From positions 308,698,001-308,762,000 of the forward strand of contig OZ024741.1 of the NCBI GenBank assembly GCA_964016885.1: DNA of 64,000 nucleotides, in the 5' to 3' direction. This stretch comes from Eledone cirrhosa. Its lineage: Eukaryota. Shown piece by piece: positions 1 to 14,717 of this stretch (positions are counted from its first letter, which is position 1; every line of letters starts with the position of its first letter). The translations under genes and the position numbers were made by a program. The notes under the pieces were generated by a model, which had not been told where the DNA came from, made no database searches, and saw nothing but the letters and a program-made list of their open reading frames with translations.

Positions 1-410
1 GATTTTCTCAAAGAATATTACGTTAAGATATATTAATTTCTCTTTTCATCTGCATTTCCTATCTTCTCCATTTGAACATATTATCTGACACTACTACTAC
101 TGCTACTGCTACTACTTTCTTCACCGTCCCCACCATCTCACCATAAGCAGTAGCATTCCAACTACTACTACTACTACTACTACGACCATCATCACCACTG
201 TCCACCTCATCACCCCTCCCCCCCCCTACTACCACCACTAGTACAATCCCCTTCATCCAACTGCCACCGTCTTCATCATCACCTCTACCATCACTACTAC
301 TACTACTACTACTACTACCAACATAATTGTGATTATGCATTAATCTAATCTGCTGAGGCAACATTCCTCAGTATTCTCCAACTACACTTATTATTATTAC
401 TGTGTCTAAA

Positions 411-850
411 GGGTAGTGGATTGGCAGAATCGGTAGAGCGTCGGACGCTATGCTTTGTGACATATAGTTACGGCCCTTTACATTCTGAGTTCAAATCCTG
501 CCGAGGTTAGCTTTGCCTTTCATCTTTACAGGGTCGATAAAATAAAGCACCAGTAATGCACTGGGGTCAATTTAATCGACTTTCCCCTACCCCCAAATTG
601 TTGGCCTTTAGAGCGTCAGACACCATGCTTTGCAGCATAGAGTTATAGCCTTTAACTTTGCCTTTCATCCTTACTGGGTCGATCGGTAGAGCGTCGGACA
701 TGCTTTCCAGCATAGTTACGTCCCTTTACGATCTGAGTTCAAATCCTGCCGAGGTTAACGTTGCCTTTCATCCTTACGGGGTCGATAAAATAAAGTACCA
801 GTAATGCACTGGATAATTGCTGACCTTGTGCCTAAAGTAGAAACCATTAT
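411..850 (+). mobile_element. tRNA-derived SINE family A, full copy plus tandem partial copies
   Basis: Box A (TGGCAGAATCGG) and box B (GAGTTCAAATCC), then conserved CTTTGCCTTTCATC...GGGTCGATAAAATAAAG(T/C)ACCAG body; older copies at about 955-1150 and 1560-1735. Confidence 0.85.
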
Positions 851-2540
851 TACTGTGTCTATTATTTACTATATTCTCTAGTCTAATCTATTGAGACATT
901 ATTCCTAGATATTCAACCACCACAGTTACTAATACTACCTTCACTACTATGATTGTAGATTGGCAGAATCGTTAGAGCATCAGAAAAAGTGATTTTTGGT
1001 ATATGTTCCTGCTCTTTACATTCTCAGTTCATATCCTGCAGAAGTCGATTTTGTCTTTCATCCTTCCCAATTCAAAAGTACTAGTTAATTACTGAGATCA
1101 ATATAACTGACTCTGCCCTCCAAATAATTTGCTGGCCTTGTGCCTAAATTTGGATTCCTTATTTACTATATTATATAAATATGTTTATTTTGGTTAAACA
1201 CACACACAAAAAGAAAGCAGTATTGGATAGGACTATAAATGCCATAAATGAGAGAAAAGGGAGGGGAAGGGCAAGGACTAGTAGACAAAGGAAGAAAGAA
1301 AGGGGAAAGAGGAGAGAGAGGGTGACAGACTCTACAGCTAGGTTAGAGTGATGTCTTGGCTGTACCCAGCAGACAAAATGACAAAGGTATTTCTGTAGAC
1401 AATGGCCAGTGACACATGTGGGGCTCCTTCCTCAGATAGGCTGCTATCTATCCAATTTTACTATATTATATCCTATATTATTACTATATTCTATACTTTA
1501 ATCAAGAAACCATTTCTGGGTATTTTACCACCACAGTTATCCTTATTACTATAGATACGATGATGGCAGATTTGCAGAAGTGTTAGAGCATCAGAAAAAA
1601 TGATTTATGGTATTTATCCTGACTCTTTATTGACTGAGTTCAATTCTAGGGTTAATGAAATAAAGTACCACTGAAATACTGTGATGATATAATTGAATTT
1701 CTCTTCTCCAAAGATTACCAGCATTATGCCTAAATAAGATATCATGACTGACCCAAGGTTTGCACATGGAAATTACCTCTACAAGGCATGAGCTGGATGT
1801 GGATAACCAACAGTCTCCCATAAACACAGGTTTCCTGTATTCATGATACCAATGTTTTCCAGTAAAAAAGAATAGGCTGGTACAGCTTGGCTCTGGTGTC
1901 CGGCGTAACAAATTTTTTACCAGCTGAGTAAACTGGAGCAATGTAAAATAAAGTGTTTTGCTCAAGAGCACAATATGCCATCTGGTCTGGGAATAGGCCT
2001 CATGACATTACGATGGTGTGCCCAACATTCTCACCAAGGACATAACATACTGTTTGGTCTGAGAATAAAACTGATGACCTTACAATTGTGAATCCAACAC
2101 TAGGCCAATTGTGAACCCAACACTCTAACGACTAAGCCAAGGACTCAACACACCATTTTATTCCAGGAATAAATCTCATGATCTTACAATGATGAGCACA
2201 ACACTCTAACCACTACATTACATGCCTTCACTGTTTAGAAATACTCTAAGGAAATGAGAAAGGAATGCTATGAGTGGAACCAAATTCTGCTGGAAAAGAC
2301 CTATCCATCTCTTAAAAACATGGAAAAACTAATGTAAAATGATAATAATGAAAGAAAATAAAGAAGGAATCAAGGACAAAACCAATGTTTGCCATGAAGT
2401 GAATTTGCATTCTGTATATACAGCTCCAATTTAAATTGCAATAGGACATATTTTAACATTTCAAAACTGATTCCCAGGCAATATTGTATTTTAAACTGCA
2501 AGGATTGAAAACTTGGTGTCAACAAATGAATACATATAAA

Positions 2541-2620
<80 letters not shown>

Positions 2621-2623
<3 letters not shown>

Positions 2624-2925
2624 ATAATAATAAATTTGAAGACTAAAATCCAAAGAGGGCTCGATAAGGATAAATATATATCAAATATATAAGAACCGTA
2701 GAGCAAATATTTATTAAAATAACAGATTAAAGTTTAAGCAAAGAATCCCGTTCTTAGCCAGCGAACGTTTCCACGAACCAAAGTATCGTCTTCCTGTCTT
2801 CCTCCGGTTGCAACGTTTTTTGAAATATCCAGTTCTGCGTTTACAGATTGACTTTGTTAGTTTCAGAAGATCCCGTTAAGGGTGAAAGCAGCGATTCTTT
2901 GCTTAAACTTTAATCTGTTATTTTA

Positions 2926-2930
<5 letters not shown>
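2621..2930. mobile_element. Family E short element, (TA)n-flanked, with partial inverted duplication (Penelope-like/retrozyme remnant); other copies at about 23598-23700, 27642-27745, 47850-47890, 63265-63435
   Basis: Dispersed near-identical sequence; inverted arms at about 2708-2747 and 2893-2930; carries a hammerhead. Confidence 0.65.
2859..2909 (+). ncRNA. Type I hammerhead ribozyme motif, variant core CAGAAGA (family E)
   Basis: AGTTT CAGAAGA T CCC GTTAA GGG T GAAA GCA gcgattctt TGC TT AAACT: stems I, II and III all pair. Confidence 0.65.
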
Positions 2931-2969
<39 letters not shown>

Positions 2970-3959
2970 ATATTAACTATTATATATACATATATATTAC
3001 ATAGCCCATGCAAGCTTGAAAAATAAAAAGTTAACAGTGATACATACACACATGCATATATACATATATATATATATATTACACATCTACATATAATGTG
3101 TGTGTGGGAATATATGTGCATTTAAACATTTGGATTCTAGGAGAGTGACCGTGTTCAACAAATAGCACACACAACATACCACACACACAAATAATGTGCA
3201 ATCGAAAAAAAATTAACATGGTTAAATGTTAGTTAGTGTGCTATTGCTATGGTGAGTAGATAAAGAAAAGACTTCTAAATATTTCAAGTGGGATGTGTAA
3301 GGGTAGAGACAAGGAAGGGTGGAGTCTTGGCAACATTATCTGCTGTGATGATATATCACTGTCTATATAAGCACCAGTTCCATTTTACCCTCCCCACAAA
3401 AGTTATGTAACTCTTTGGCGGGTGGGTTTCAGATTCATTAAAATATCAGATGTCAAAATACCCAGGCTGGGCAATTCTAGTAATAGAACCAGGCCAGATG
3501 TGAAATTTAAGCTCCTAAAATTGGTAATAGGTTGTCTTTCATTAGAAAAATGGTACTGAAAGCATAAGGTGTTTATATTTATCTTTAAAAATAAAACCTT
3601 CCATTATAATTTTATGTAAAAACCTTTGTTAAGTTACATTCCAAAAATTAACTTAATAATGTAAAAGTTAGTTTATATTACAAAATCTTGCCAAATTCTT
3701 CATTATTTTCAAAATTATTTGGAAATTATAGGCAGCATCTTTTATTAGAAATATGGTAATAAAAGGGTTAAGGTGCAACACCAGTGCATGTATAGTATGT
3801 GTACTGCATACACCAATCTCTATTTTTTTTATATAATAAAAAATTTTAAAAGCTGATGGACTACCATAAAACTTTTAGTAACATGTTTTAGCATTGTAGG
3901 TTGTGGACTGAAGAAGGTTGAAAATAGCTGTTGAAGGGGGGGTATAGTTGATTATAATG

Positions 3960-4170
3960 GTTTCTGATTTAGACACAAGGCCAGCAATTTTGGTGGGAGA
4001 GGAAAGTCAATTAAACCAACTCCAGTGCATTACTGGTGCTTTATTTTATCAACCTCGTAAAAATGAAGGGCAAAGCTAATCTCGGCAGGATCTGAGCACA
4101 GAACGTAAAGGGGCGTAACTCTATGCTGCAAAGCATGGTGTCTGACGCTCTACCGATACTGCCAATCCAA
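3960..4170 (-). mobile_element. SINE family A (other minus-strand copies at about 4570-4750, 22130-22320, 44632-44823, 60618-60750, 61797-61985, 62375-62470)
   Basis: Reverse complement of the family A consensus. Confidence 0.8.
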
Positions 4171-5441
4171 CTGATTACTGGAGTAGATTCTTTCTCCAGA
4201 CACTTTTAAGAATAGACTTGATGTTTGAATAGGTGGTGAGGAATATTATGAGTGAAAGTGAGGTGAGAAGAGGAAATGTGTAACTTCTGAACAAGTATCT
4301 CCCACTTCCAACTAACTTACCCTCCACCCCTGGGCCCCAGCCAACAGGATAGACAATACATTACCCCAGAGGAGGACAGCATGGGAGACACACTGAAACA
4401 GCCACTCCACCTCACAGGGCTCACACTTGGGGGCAACCAACTCTGTTCTGATAACAATGAGTAGGGATGAGGTCTGGGAGCCAGTAGGGATGTGGTCTGG
4501 GAGCCAATAAGGCTGGAAGTCTCCACTGCTACAGGTTCTACCACAAACCTACCAGAGCCCTCTCCAACCAAAATTGCTGGCCGATACTTGGATACTGAGT
4601 ACTTAATTTATGGATACCCTACAGAAAAGGATAATTACATACATGAAAGACAAATTTGACCTGGGTGGGATTTGAACTCAGAACATAAAGAGAAGTAACT
4701 AAATACCATGAATTATTATGTCCAATACTCTGTACCAATTCTCCAACCAACCCACACAAAACAAACCCAACACAAACAAACAAAAACATAACACTATATG
4801 CATCTATTCAAATTTGTATTCTGTTTCTGGTTCCTGTCACACAGCAATAATTACAACAGCAACAGCAACAACAACAACAAATATTCAAAGAATCTCATAG
4901 AGTTTAAAATAATAGATATAGCAAATAAAAATCTTTATTGGCATTTCAGGGGGGTTTTTTTTGCTTTTGTTTTAGTTTTTATAGATATTTTTTTTATGAA
5001 GAAGGAGAAGGTGTGTGTGTGTGTGGGTGGGGGTGGGGGTCTATTACCATGGCAAGTGTTTTGTTTTTTTTAAATATGTTTTTGTTAATTTATTTATATA
5101 TTATTTTACTATGGGTGGATCTATTCCCTCTTCTCCCTCCCCCCAGTGAGTTTTGTATCTTTTTATATTTTTCAGTGTTTAGGTGTAAATTCTGTTATAT
5201 ACAAATATTTCTTTCTCTGTGATTCACACCCTGCCCTCTACTGGTTGGTGCCAGAACTATTTTTCCAATGCATTGCTGTTCCTGAAATAAGAACATCCCA
5301 AACACACACACACATACATACATGTCTGTGCGAATGTGTGTGTGTGTATAAGGTAGTGTTTATGTCTCTCATCAGCTCTGTGTTGCTTATACAACATAAT
5401 ACCAAGACTTTATGGGCAGAGATGGTGCCAATCCTTGTTTA

Positions 5442-5504
<63 letters not shown>

Positions 5505-5580
5505 TCAAAATAACAAATATACATTCTATCATAGAAAAATACATACACTAGCAGGGAAAACAGACATTAAGTGATAATTA

Positions 5581-5627
<47 letters not shown>

Positions 5628-6153
5628 ATATGCATATCCATCTATCTATCTATATATATATATATATATAGATAGATAGATATGTGTGTGTGTGTACATA
5701 TATATATATATTATATATGTATGTATGTGTGTTTGTATATATAATATATATACAAACACACATGCATATAGACATATATACTTACATACATACATACATA
5801 CACACATACATATATTAAAAATTAATATATCTATATGTAAGCATACAAATAGACACATACACAATCATAAGTTGAAATCCCAATCCCTCTTTCCCTTTCT
5901 ACTCATGAGTCGCCCACTCATCATCCCCCCCACCACCACCACCACTACCACCATCACGACCACCACCACCACCACCACTACCACTGATAGCATCTACCAT
6001 TCATACATGTACACATATTCATTGCCCCTCATTAACCAAACTAAAATGCATACCACATACAAATGACCTTCTAGGTATCATCATAAACATTACTGCCAAC
6101 CATCATTACAACCAACATATCAAATACATACATACATACATCTATATATGTAT

Positions 6154-6186
<33 letters not shown>

Positions 6187-6261
6187 GTGAAGGCGCATTG
6201 CTTAGTGGTTAGAGCATTGGGCTTGCAATCGGTCCGATTTGATGAAAGTCGATTGATTGAC

Positions 6262-6297
<36 letters not shown>

Positions 6298-6415
6298 TAC
6301 ACACACATATATGTGTGTTTATATATGTATGTATATATATGTTGTATATACAGTAGTAAATGTGCAATTGGATTGCGTTCACAGATGGTATGCCAAGATG
6401 AGCATATAAATATAT

Positions 6416-6760
6416 GGAGGCACATGGCTTAGTGGTTAGAGCATTGGCCTTGCAATCAAAAGGTTGTGAGTTCATTTCTCAGACTGGGTGATGTGTTGTT
6501 TCCTTGAGCAAGACACTTTATTTCACATTGCTCCAGTTTACTCAGCTGTAGAAATGAGATGATAGGACTGGGTCCCTATCATTCCACTGCAAAAGTGGTC
6601 ATGTAGGCGCCACGGCATAAAACCACCCAGCACTCACTGTAAATGAGGTTGGTGTTAGGAAGGGCATCCAGCTGTAGAAATCAAGCCAGAATCAGTTCCC
6701 GTCCCACCCTTGCTAGCAGGGAAAAAGTGGACATAAAATGAAATGATGATGATGATGATA
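6416..6760 (+). mobile_element. tRNA-derived SINE family B (CORE-like CCTTGAGCAAGACACTT domain, LINE-like tail ending in (GAT)n)
   Basis: GGCACATGGCTTAGTGGTTAGAGCA head; near-identical copy at 22611-22952; tail-only fragments at about 8150-8315, 14022-14122, 16180-16330, 36985-37160. Confidence 0.85.
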
Positions 6761-7031
6761 TGAACTCATATAAGTTCCTGAATGTAGGTCACAATTTTGA
6801 TCCCTCTTACCTTCTGGAGATATGATCAATATTGGGCCTTAAAACCTTAGGTAGCGTTTTTCTTCAGTGTATGAACATAAATAGGTAATATGAGTGTGTG
6901 AGTGTGTGTATGCCGGGGGGGGGGGGGGGGGGCAATTTCTTTTATTTGATTGTAACAATGGAAATACTTTATTGAATTTCTGTGATGAAATTGGATGACA
7001 GACGTGAAATAAAGATGTTGATTAGGTGTTT

Positions 7032-7064
<33 letters not shown>

Positions 7065-8333
7065 TATATACATACATGTATATATGTGTGTATATATATA
7101 TATATATACATACACACATACATATATACATACATGTATATGTGTGTGGGTATATATATATATATATATAAATATGTACGTATATATGTGTATATATATA
7201 CACACACATGCGAACAAACAGATGTCACTTAATTAAAAAGTATTGAAAGTCATTTAATTAAAAATGCAGTCACATGAATAAATAGCTATCTTTTCAGTAC
7301 ATAATACATATATCTTACCCTGTCATCTCAATAACACTCTATTCATCTTCCCATCTATCTAAGTCTATGACCACATGGAAATAGAAGTATTTTTTTTTCT
7401 TTTATCATTATCATTTTCAGTATTGCTTTATTTTTATTATTCTGTCATTTTTACTAAAGTCTTGCTGTTTTAATGAAAAGAAAAATCAGTTAAGCTTTTT
7501 TTTTTTTGCTATTTTACCCATTTTTAGTGACTTACATAGAGGAATGAAGGGCTGTGTCCATGCTTCTCTCTTTTAATATCAACTATGAGATACAACTGTT
7601 GTAAATACTAGTGTATTTTATGCATTTGTATTTGTATATATTATTTACATGCGTTTGTGTTTTCATTCTTGTAAGCATTATATTATAATATTTTTTAAAC
7701 AACTATGAATAAAAGATATCACATTTTTCCTTATGTCTGTATTACTCAACCAGAAATACAATACACACACACACACATATATATATGTATGTATGTATGA
7801 TAACTCTATGTATGTATATATGTATATAAGTATGTTTGTATATATGTATGTATATATATATATATAGACAATGTCACTGGATCGAGATCTTTGGCGCTAC
7901 ACAGTCATACAGAAGACCCGCCTTGCCTAAGTACAAAGCGAAACCTACAGTCAGTAGGCACCTCTAACAAAATACACCCCCGTCCCACTACCCCCACCCC
8001 ATCCACACGACCCCCTTAAATGTGAAGTTATGTTGGTACCACAACATCCAGTCCGAAACAAATGAGGTCGTGTAGGTGTCACGACAAAATAACACACAGT
8101 CCACGCTGTAATGTGGCCGTGTAGGTAACACGGTAAAAACCTCCCAGTCCACACTGTAAACGTGGTTGGAGTTAGGAAGGGCATCCAGCCGCAGAAAACC
8201 CGCCAGACAGGCCTATACGAGCAGGACAACAAATCTTGCCTCAAGTGGGAAAACACCCATCCAAACCCATGCAAGCGTGGAAGATGGACGTTAAACGATG
8301 ATGATGGTGATGATGATATATATATATATGATG

Positions 8334-8364
<31 letters not shown>

Positions 8365-9452
8365 TTCACAAATCTATATTCCTAAGACCCCACTTCTTAT
8401 CCAAGTCTCTAGATCTACCTCCCCAATCCCCACACACCTCCCCCACCCAAGTCTCCAAGTCACAGGTCACATCTCACAACCATATAGAAGGATGGTACAA
8501 TCAAGTGCTCAATAGGTGCATATTTTTGTGACCAGGTGGCTCTCTGATCAGTAATATTGGGAACAGAATCTATATATGTATATATTGATTTTGAAGAGTG
8601 ATCAATACACATACAAACCCACACACATAAATACATAGAAATCCCCACACATAAATATATATAAGCTTTTAAGATGACAGAATGTAACTTATACACAATT
8701 GATATGGACATCTATCTCATCTTTATCTTGGCTTCAGGCAGTAAAGGTCAAGCTGAAATATTAGATTTGATCAATTTTTATCACCCTTTCTCAGAATCTT
8801 ATAGAGTACGATGGGGACTCTATATTTGTTGTGTCTTGATTGCAAAGATTTTGATGTGAAAGTGAGAGTATGATGCTATAACCATTTCCTAAAAATTCCA
8901 GTATGTATATATTTCAAGGGAGCCAGCTGTGAGTGGCGCTACTGACCTCTGCATCTGCAAGTAGCTTATGGCAAGTCTACACATTATCTGAAATCCAAGA
9001 TGTGTGTGTCTCAATATTGAGAGCTTTCTTCTGCCAACATTGACCGCAAGGAATGCTGCTATGCATCACACTATAATAAAGTGAGTATGCTATGCTATGT
9101 TATGCTTATAGACAACCTGTGAAAGCCTTATCTCTAGTGAAACAACTTTACCATGTATATATATATATATTTATCTATATATATATATATATATATACAC
9201 ACCTATACATATATATATATACACATATATATATATATATACACATACATATATATATATACACATACATATATATATATACACACACACATATATATAT
9301 ATACACACACATATATACATCATATATATATACACATACATATATATATATATACACACACACACATATATATACACACATACACATATATACACACATA
9401 TCTATATATATATATATATACACACACACATATATATACACACATATCTATA

Positions 9453-9496
<44 letters not shown>

Positions 9497-10169
9497 TATA
9501 TACACACATATCTATCTATCTATATATATATATATTTATATATATATACACACACACATATATATATATATATGTGTGTGTGTATATATAATCACAAACA
9601 CACATATGTATATACATAAGCATATATATATATACTTGCAGTACATATTAAACTGATGTGTAAATATAGATCTAAGAAAAATTAAGATAACCGGCTATAG
9701 ACAAATATCATAACCATATTTATTTAGTCTTCTATATATTCACTCTCATATGAAGTATGAAACTATGTAGAAAACACATACATACACACACATATATATA
9801 TATATGTGTGTGTGTGTGTATATATATACATACATGTGTATGTATTGAGACATGCCTGAATTCATCCGTGTCTAATATATACCATGAGAATGATTTAATA
9901 TGTAAGAAAGAGATCAGTAATATTGGGAACAGAATCAATATATGTATATATTGATTTTGAAGGGTGATCGATACATATTCACACAAATACACATACAATC
10001 CCATACACATAAATACACATACAATCCCATACACATAAATACACATACAATTCCATACACATAAATATATGCCTACACACACACTATTGCATATATACAA
10101 ACCCATACAGACATACACAAACACATACATACACAACACACATACGCGTACACATGCATACAAACACAT

Positions 10170-11410
10170 AGTGGTGTTGACGGTAGCGGTTGCTGTTATT
10201 TTGGATGTGGCTGTTGTGGTAGTGGTTGGTTGCTGTTAGTGTGGTGGTGGTGGTGGTGGTGGTGGTAGCGGTGGTGGTGGTAGTGGTGTAGGTGGTGGTG
10301 GTGGTGTAGGTGGTGGTGGTGGTAGTGGTGGTGGTGGTGGTAGTGTGGTGGTAGTGGTGGTGGTGGTGGTGTTGGTGTTGTTGGTGGTGGTAGTGGTGTA
10401 GGTGGTGGTGGTGGTGTAGGTGGTGGTAGTAGTGGTGGTGGTTGGTTGCTGTTAGTGTGGTGGTAGTGGTGGTGGTGGTGGTGTTGGTGGTGGTGTTGGT
10501 GTAGGTGGTGGTGGTGGTGTTGGTGGTGGTGTAGGTGGTGGTGGTAGTGGTGGTGGTTGGTGGTGGTGGTGGTGGTGGTGGTGGCGTTGGTGGTGGTGGT
10601 GGTGGTGTAGGTGGTGGTGGTAGTGGTGTAGGTGGTGGTGGTGGTGTAGGTGGTGGTGGTGGTAGCGGTGGTGGTGGTAGTGGTGTAGGTGGTGGTGGTG
10701 GTAGTGGTGGTGGTTGGTTGCTGTTAGTGTGGTGGGAGTGGTTGGTTGCTGTTAGTGTGGTGGTAGTGGTGGGTTGCTGTTAGTGTGGTGGTGACATGGA
10801 TGATGATGCTGATGATGATGATGGTGGTAGTGGTTGTTGTGGTGGTGGTGGTGGTGACATGGATGGTGATGGCGATGGTAGTGATAGTGGTGGTGGTGGT
10901 GGTGGTGGTGGTGGAAGTGATTGTTGTTGTGGTGGTGGTGGTGGTGGTGACATGGATGGTGATGATAGTGGCGGTAGTGGTTGTTGTAGTGGGACTGGTG
11001 ACATGGATGATGATGACGGTGATGATGATGGTGGTAGTGGTGGTGATAATGGGGATTATGGTGCTACTGGCTATAATGATGGTGATGGTGATAATGATGG
11101 CGGTGGTTTTGTCGGTGATGATGATGGTTAACATGATGATGGTGATGATGGTGATGATGGCTAACATGATGATGATGATGATTAACATGATGATGGTGAT
11201 GATGATGGCTAACATAACGATGATGATGATGGTGATGATGATGGTTAACATAATGATGATGATGATGGTGATGATGATGGTTAACATGATGATGATGAAG
11301 ATGGTGATGATGATGATGATGATGATGATGGTTAACATGATGATGATGATGGTGATGGTGATGGTTAACATGATGATGATGATGATGATGAGGGTGATGG
11401 TGATAGTGAT
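10170..11410. repeat. Compound (GGT)n to (GAT)n trinucleotide repeat
   Basis: Direct inspection; source of the poly-G/V/M/D ORFs. Confidence 0.95.
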
Positions 11411-11609
11411 ATCATGCTTATAATTAGATGCATCTATCAGTGTCAAATGCCACTCAGACATAGGAGGATCACACAGATAGAAAGAAATATAATAGACACC
11501 AAACACATACACAGTGTCACACATATAGACATATATATACTCACACAGATAAGACAGATACATAGATATATGATTAACACAGACACCAAACATACATACA
11601 GTCTCACAC

Positions 11610-12645
11610 ATATAAATACACACATGTTCACACATAAACACACATATGCTCACACACACATAAACACACATATGCTCATACACATAAACACACATATGCT
11701 CACACATAAACACACACATAAACACACATATGCTCACACATATAAACACACATATAAACACACACATATAAACACACATATGCTCACACACATAAACACA
11801 CATATGCTCACACATATAAACACACACATAAACACACATATGCTCACACATATAAACACACATGCTCACACACATAAACACACATATGCTCACACATATA
11901 AACATACATATGCTCACACACATAGAAACACACATATGCTCACACATATGCTCACACATATAAACACACATGCTCACACACATAAACACACATATACTCA
12001 CACACATAAACACACATATGCTCACACACACATAAACACACATATGCTCACACACATAAACACACATATGCTCACACATATGCTCAGACACACATAAACA
12101 CACATATGCTCACACACATAAACACACATATACTCACACACATAAACACTCATATGCTCACACACACATAAACACACATATGCTCACACATAAACACACA
12201 TATGCTCACACACACATAAACACACATATACACACACACATAAACACACATATGCTCACACATAAACACACATATGCTCACACACACATAAACACTAATA
12301 TGCTCACACACATAAACACACATATGCTCACACATAAACACACATATGCTCACACACACATAAACACACATATACACACACACATAAACACACATATGCT
12401 CACACATAAACACACATATGCTCACACACACATAAACACTAATATGCTCACACACATAAACACACATATGCTCACACATAAACACACATATGCTCACACA
12501 CACATAAACAGACATATACACACACACATAAACACACATATGCTCACACATAAACACACATATGCTCACACACACATAAACACACATATGCTCACACATA
12601 AACACACATATGCACACACACATAAACACACATATGCTCACACAG
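11610..12645. repeat. CA-rich minisatellite, unit about CACACATAAACACACATATGCT
   Basis: Dozens of variant 20-24-bp units, followed by (ATACATGCATACATACATAT)n to about 13255. Confidence 0.92.
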
Positions 12646-13168
12646 ATAAAACAGATAGATATTTGATTGATACAGAAACACATACACATACACTCACCCC
12701 ACACACAGACAGATAATATCCACACAGTAACACAGGTAACATGCTCTTTTGCACTATTTTATCCCCCCCTCTCTCTCTATATATATATGTGTATATATAT
12801 ATACATGCATATATATACATACATATATACATACATACATATATATACATGCATACATACATACATACATACATATATATACATGCATACATACATACAT
12901 ACATACATATATATACATGCATACATACATGCATACATACATATATATACATGCATACATACATATATATACATGCATACATACATACATATATATACAT
13001 GCATACATACATACATATATATACATGCATACATACATATATATACATGCATACATACATATATATACATGCATACATACATACATATATATACATGCAT
13101 ACATACATACATATATATACATGCATACATACATATATATACATGCATACATACATATATATACATGC

Positions 13169-13257
<89 letters not shown>

Positions 13258-13258
<1 letters not shown>

Positions 13259-13535
13259 AAAGTTCTATTTAAATTGTTGGGATACAACAAGCAAATATTT
13301 TTTAACTGATATAAAGCACTCAACAAATATTTGGAGTAAAAATACGATATTAACAAATGGAAACTATATTTATGAAACCATATTTATTTCATTATACATA
13401 TTTCAAGGACACCAAGTTAAATTATGGTGTGCTTTCATCAGATAAAATATAATATAGATCAGTTTTATAAATAAATATTGACATACCCTTAAAAAATGCA
13501 ACCATTACTGTTGGAAGCTCCCGGATAGTGGAGTT
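13258..13535 (-). mobile_element. Family H hammerhead-bearing element (diverged relative of 31210-31650)
   Basis: Aligns by eye with 31212-31476; abuts (TA)n. Confidence 0.6.
13385..13449 (-). ncRNA. Type I hammerhead ribozyme motif (family H, related to 31543-31607)
   Basis: TATTTTAT CTGATGA AAGC ACACCA taatttaact TGGTGT CCTT GAAA TATGTA TA ATGAAATA. Confidence 0.75.
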
Positions 13536-13755
13536 GAAGCTTAATTATATTATTATTAGTATTGGATATTTTTATTTTTAAAATAAGCCGTTGGGTTACG
13601 GAGAAAGAGAAAGATAAAGGAGAGAGAGGGGGTCCTATACATTTAAACATACATTTTATATAGATTGTATATACACAAATATAGATCTTATATGGAATAA
13701 ATTGTATATTATGGAAAACATTAGTTTATTTCTTGTTGGACATGCTATACACAGG

Positions 13756-13789
<34 letters not shown>

Positions 13790-13953
13790 GATAGATAAAT
13801 ATACACGGGTGTGTATGATTGTGTATAGAAGATTATATTAATAAAAGGAATTCCAACTTTGTCTGATGTACTCGTTTTATTTACAATCCTTTAAAATTTA
13901 TAATGGTATTAGAATGAAATAGTATGATAGAATATTAAATGTTAAGTGTTAAT

Positions 13954-13992
13954 TGAACAAGTACTTTCATGCTTTCACAATCTTCAGGTTCA
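13954..13992 (-). ncRNA. Minimal type I hammerhead ribozyme motif
   Basis: TGAAC CTGAAGA T TGT GAAA GCA T GAAA GTAC TT GTTCA: 5-bp stem I, GAAA tetraloop on stem II, palindromic stem III (AAGTACTT). Confidence 0.75.
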
Positions 13993-14163
13993 TAATGTGT
14001 GGTGCAAACTTGACTGTCACCAGGGAAGGGCATCCAGCTGTAGAAATCAAGCCAGAATCAGTTCCCGTCCCACCCTTGCAATCAGGGAAAAGTGGACGTA
14101 AAATGAAATGATGATGAATGATGATATATATATATATATATCAACATATATATATATATACAT

Positions 14164-14273
<110 letters not shown>

Positions 14274-14291
14274 ACATATATATATATATAC

Positions 14292-14327
<36 letters not shown>

Positions 14328-14593
14328 GCATTGGTTGTATATACATATGGTTATTCTTTTAATATTCAACTGAGTTCTTATACACGTGGTTAATACCTAA
14401 CAGGTTTAAATGACCAGGGTGTATATTGTTTTATTTTAAGGTGACCTCCCTTGACCCTTTTTGGGACAGCGTGTATTTTATCTTTGAGAGGACTGCTGGA
14501 TTTTCTAATCTACCAGTCTCTTCTTAGAACTGAGGGAGACCATCACCATTCTATTATTGTCGATATAATTCTTATATCGATATTATTTGGGCA

Positions 14594-14717
14594 TCCACTG
14601 ATGAGTTTATAAGGGCCCGCTTGTATATAAAACTATGGATTATATACAAGTTTCTACATAACCTGGAAATTATTTATCCCAAATTGTAGAAATCTTATAA
14701 CGAAACGGCCGTCTGGA
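14594..14717 (+). ncRNA. Type I hammerhead ribozyme with large branched stem II
   Basis: TCCA CTGATGA GTTTATAAG ... CTTATAAC GAAA CGGCCG TC TGGA. GUC cleavage site after 14713. Two internal hairpins: CTTGTATATAA/TTATATACAAG and TTTCTACA/TGTAGAAA. Confidence 0.85.

Noticed and set aside
3760-3780. CCTTAAC on the minus strand as the U12 branch point (also 2875-2882)
   Set aside because: Not followed by a homeodomain-coding exon; the 2875 instance is stem II of the family E hammerhead repeat.
6416-6490. tRNA genes (also 22611, 60775, 39500)
   Set aside because: A and B boxes are present, but they run directly into SINE bodies and do not form a proper cloverleaf.
7910-7960. Further hammerhead-like motifs (7910 +, 23068 -, 40300-40430, 40960-40995 -, 49716 +, 62104 -)
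   Set aside because: Each lacks stem I, the GAAA strand or an intact core; possibly decayed copies, not counted.
10535-13356. Long ORFs (up to 459 aa) rich in M/C/V/I/T/H/G
   Set aside because: Translations of trinucleotide repeats and minisatellites; open in several frames on both strands.
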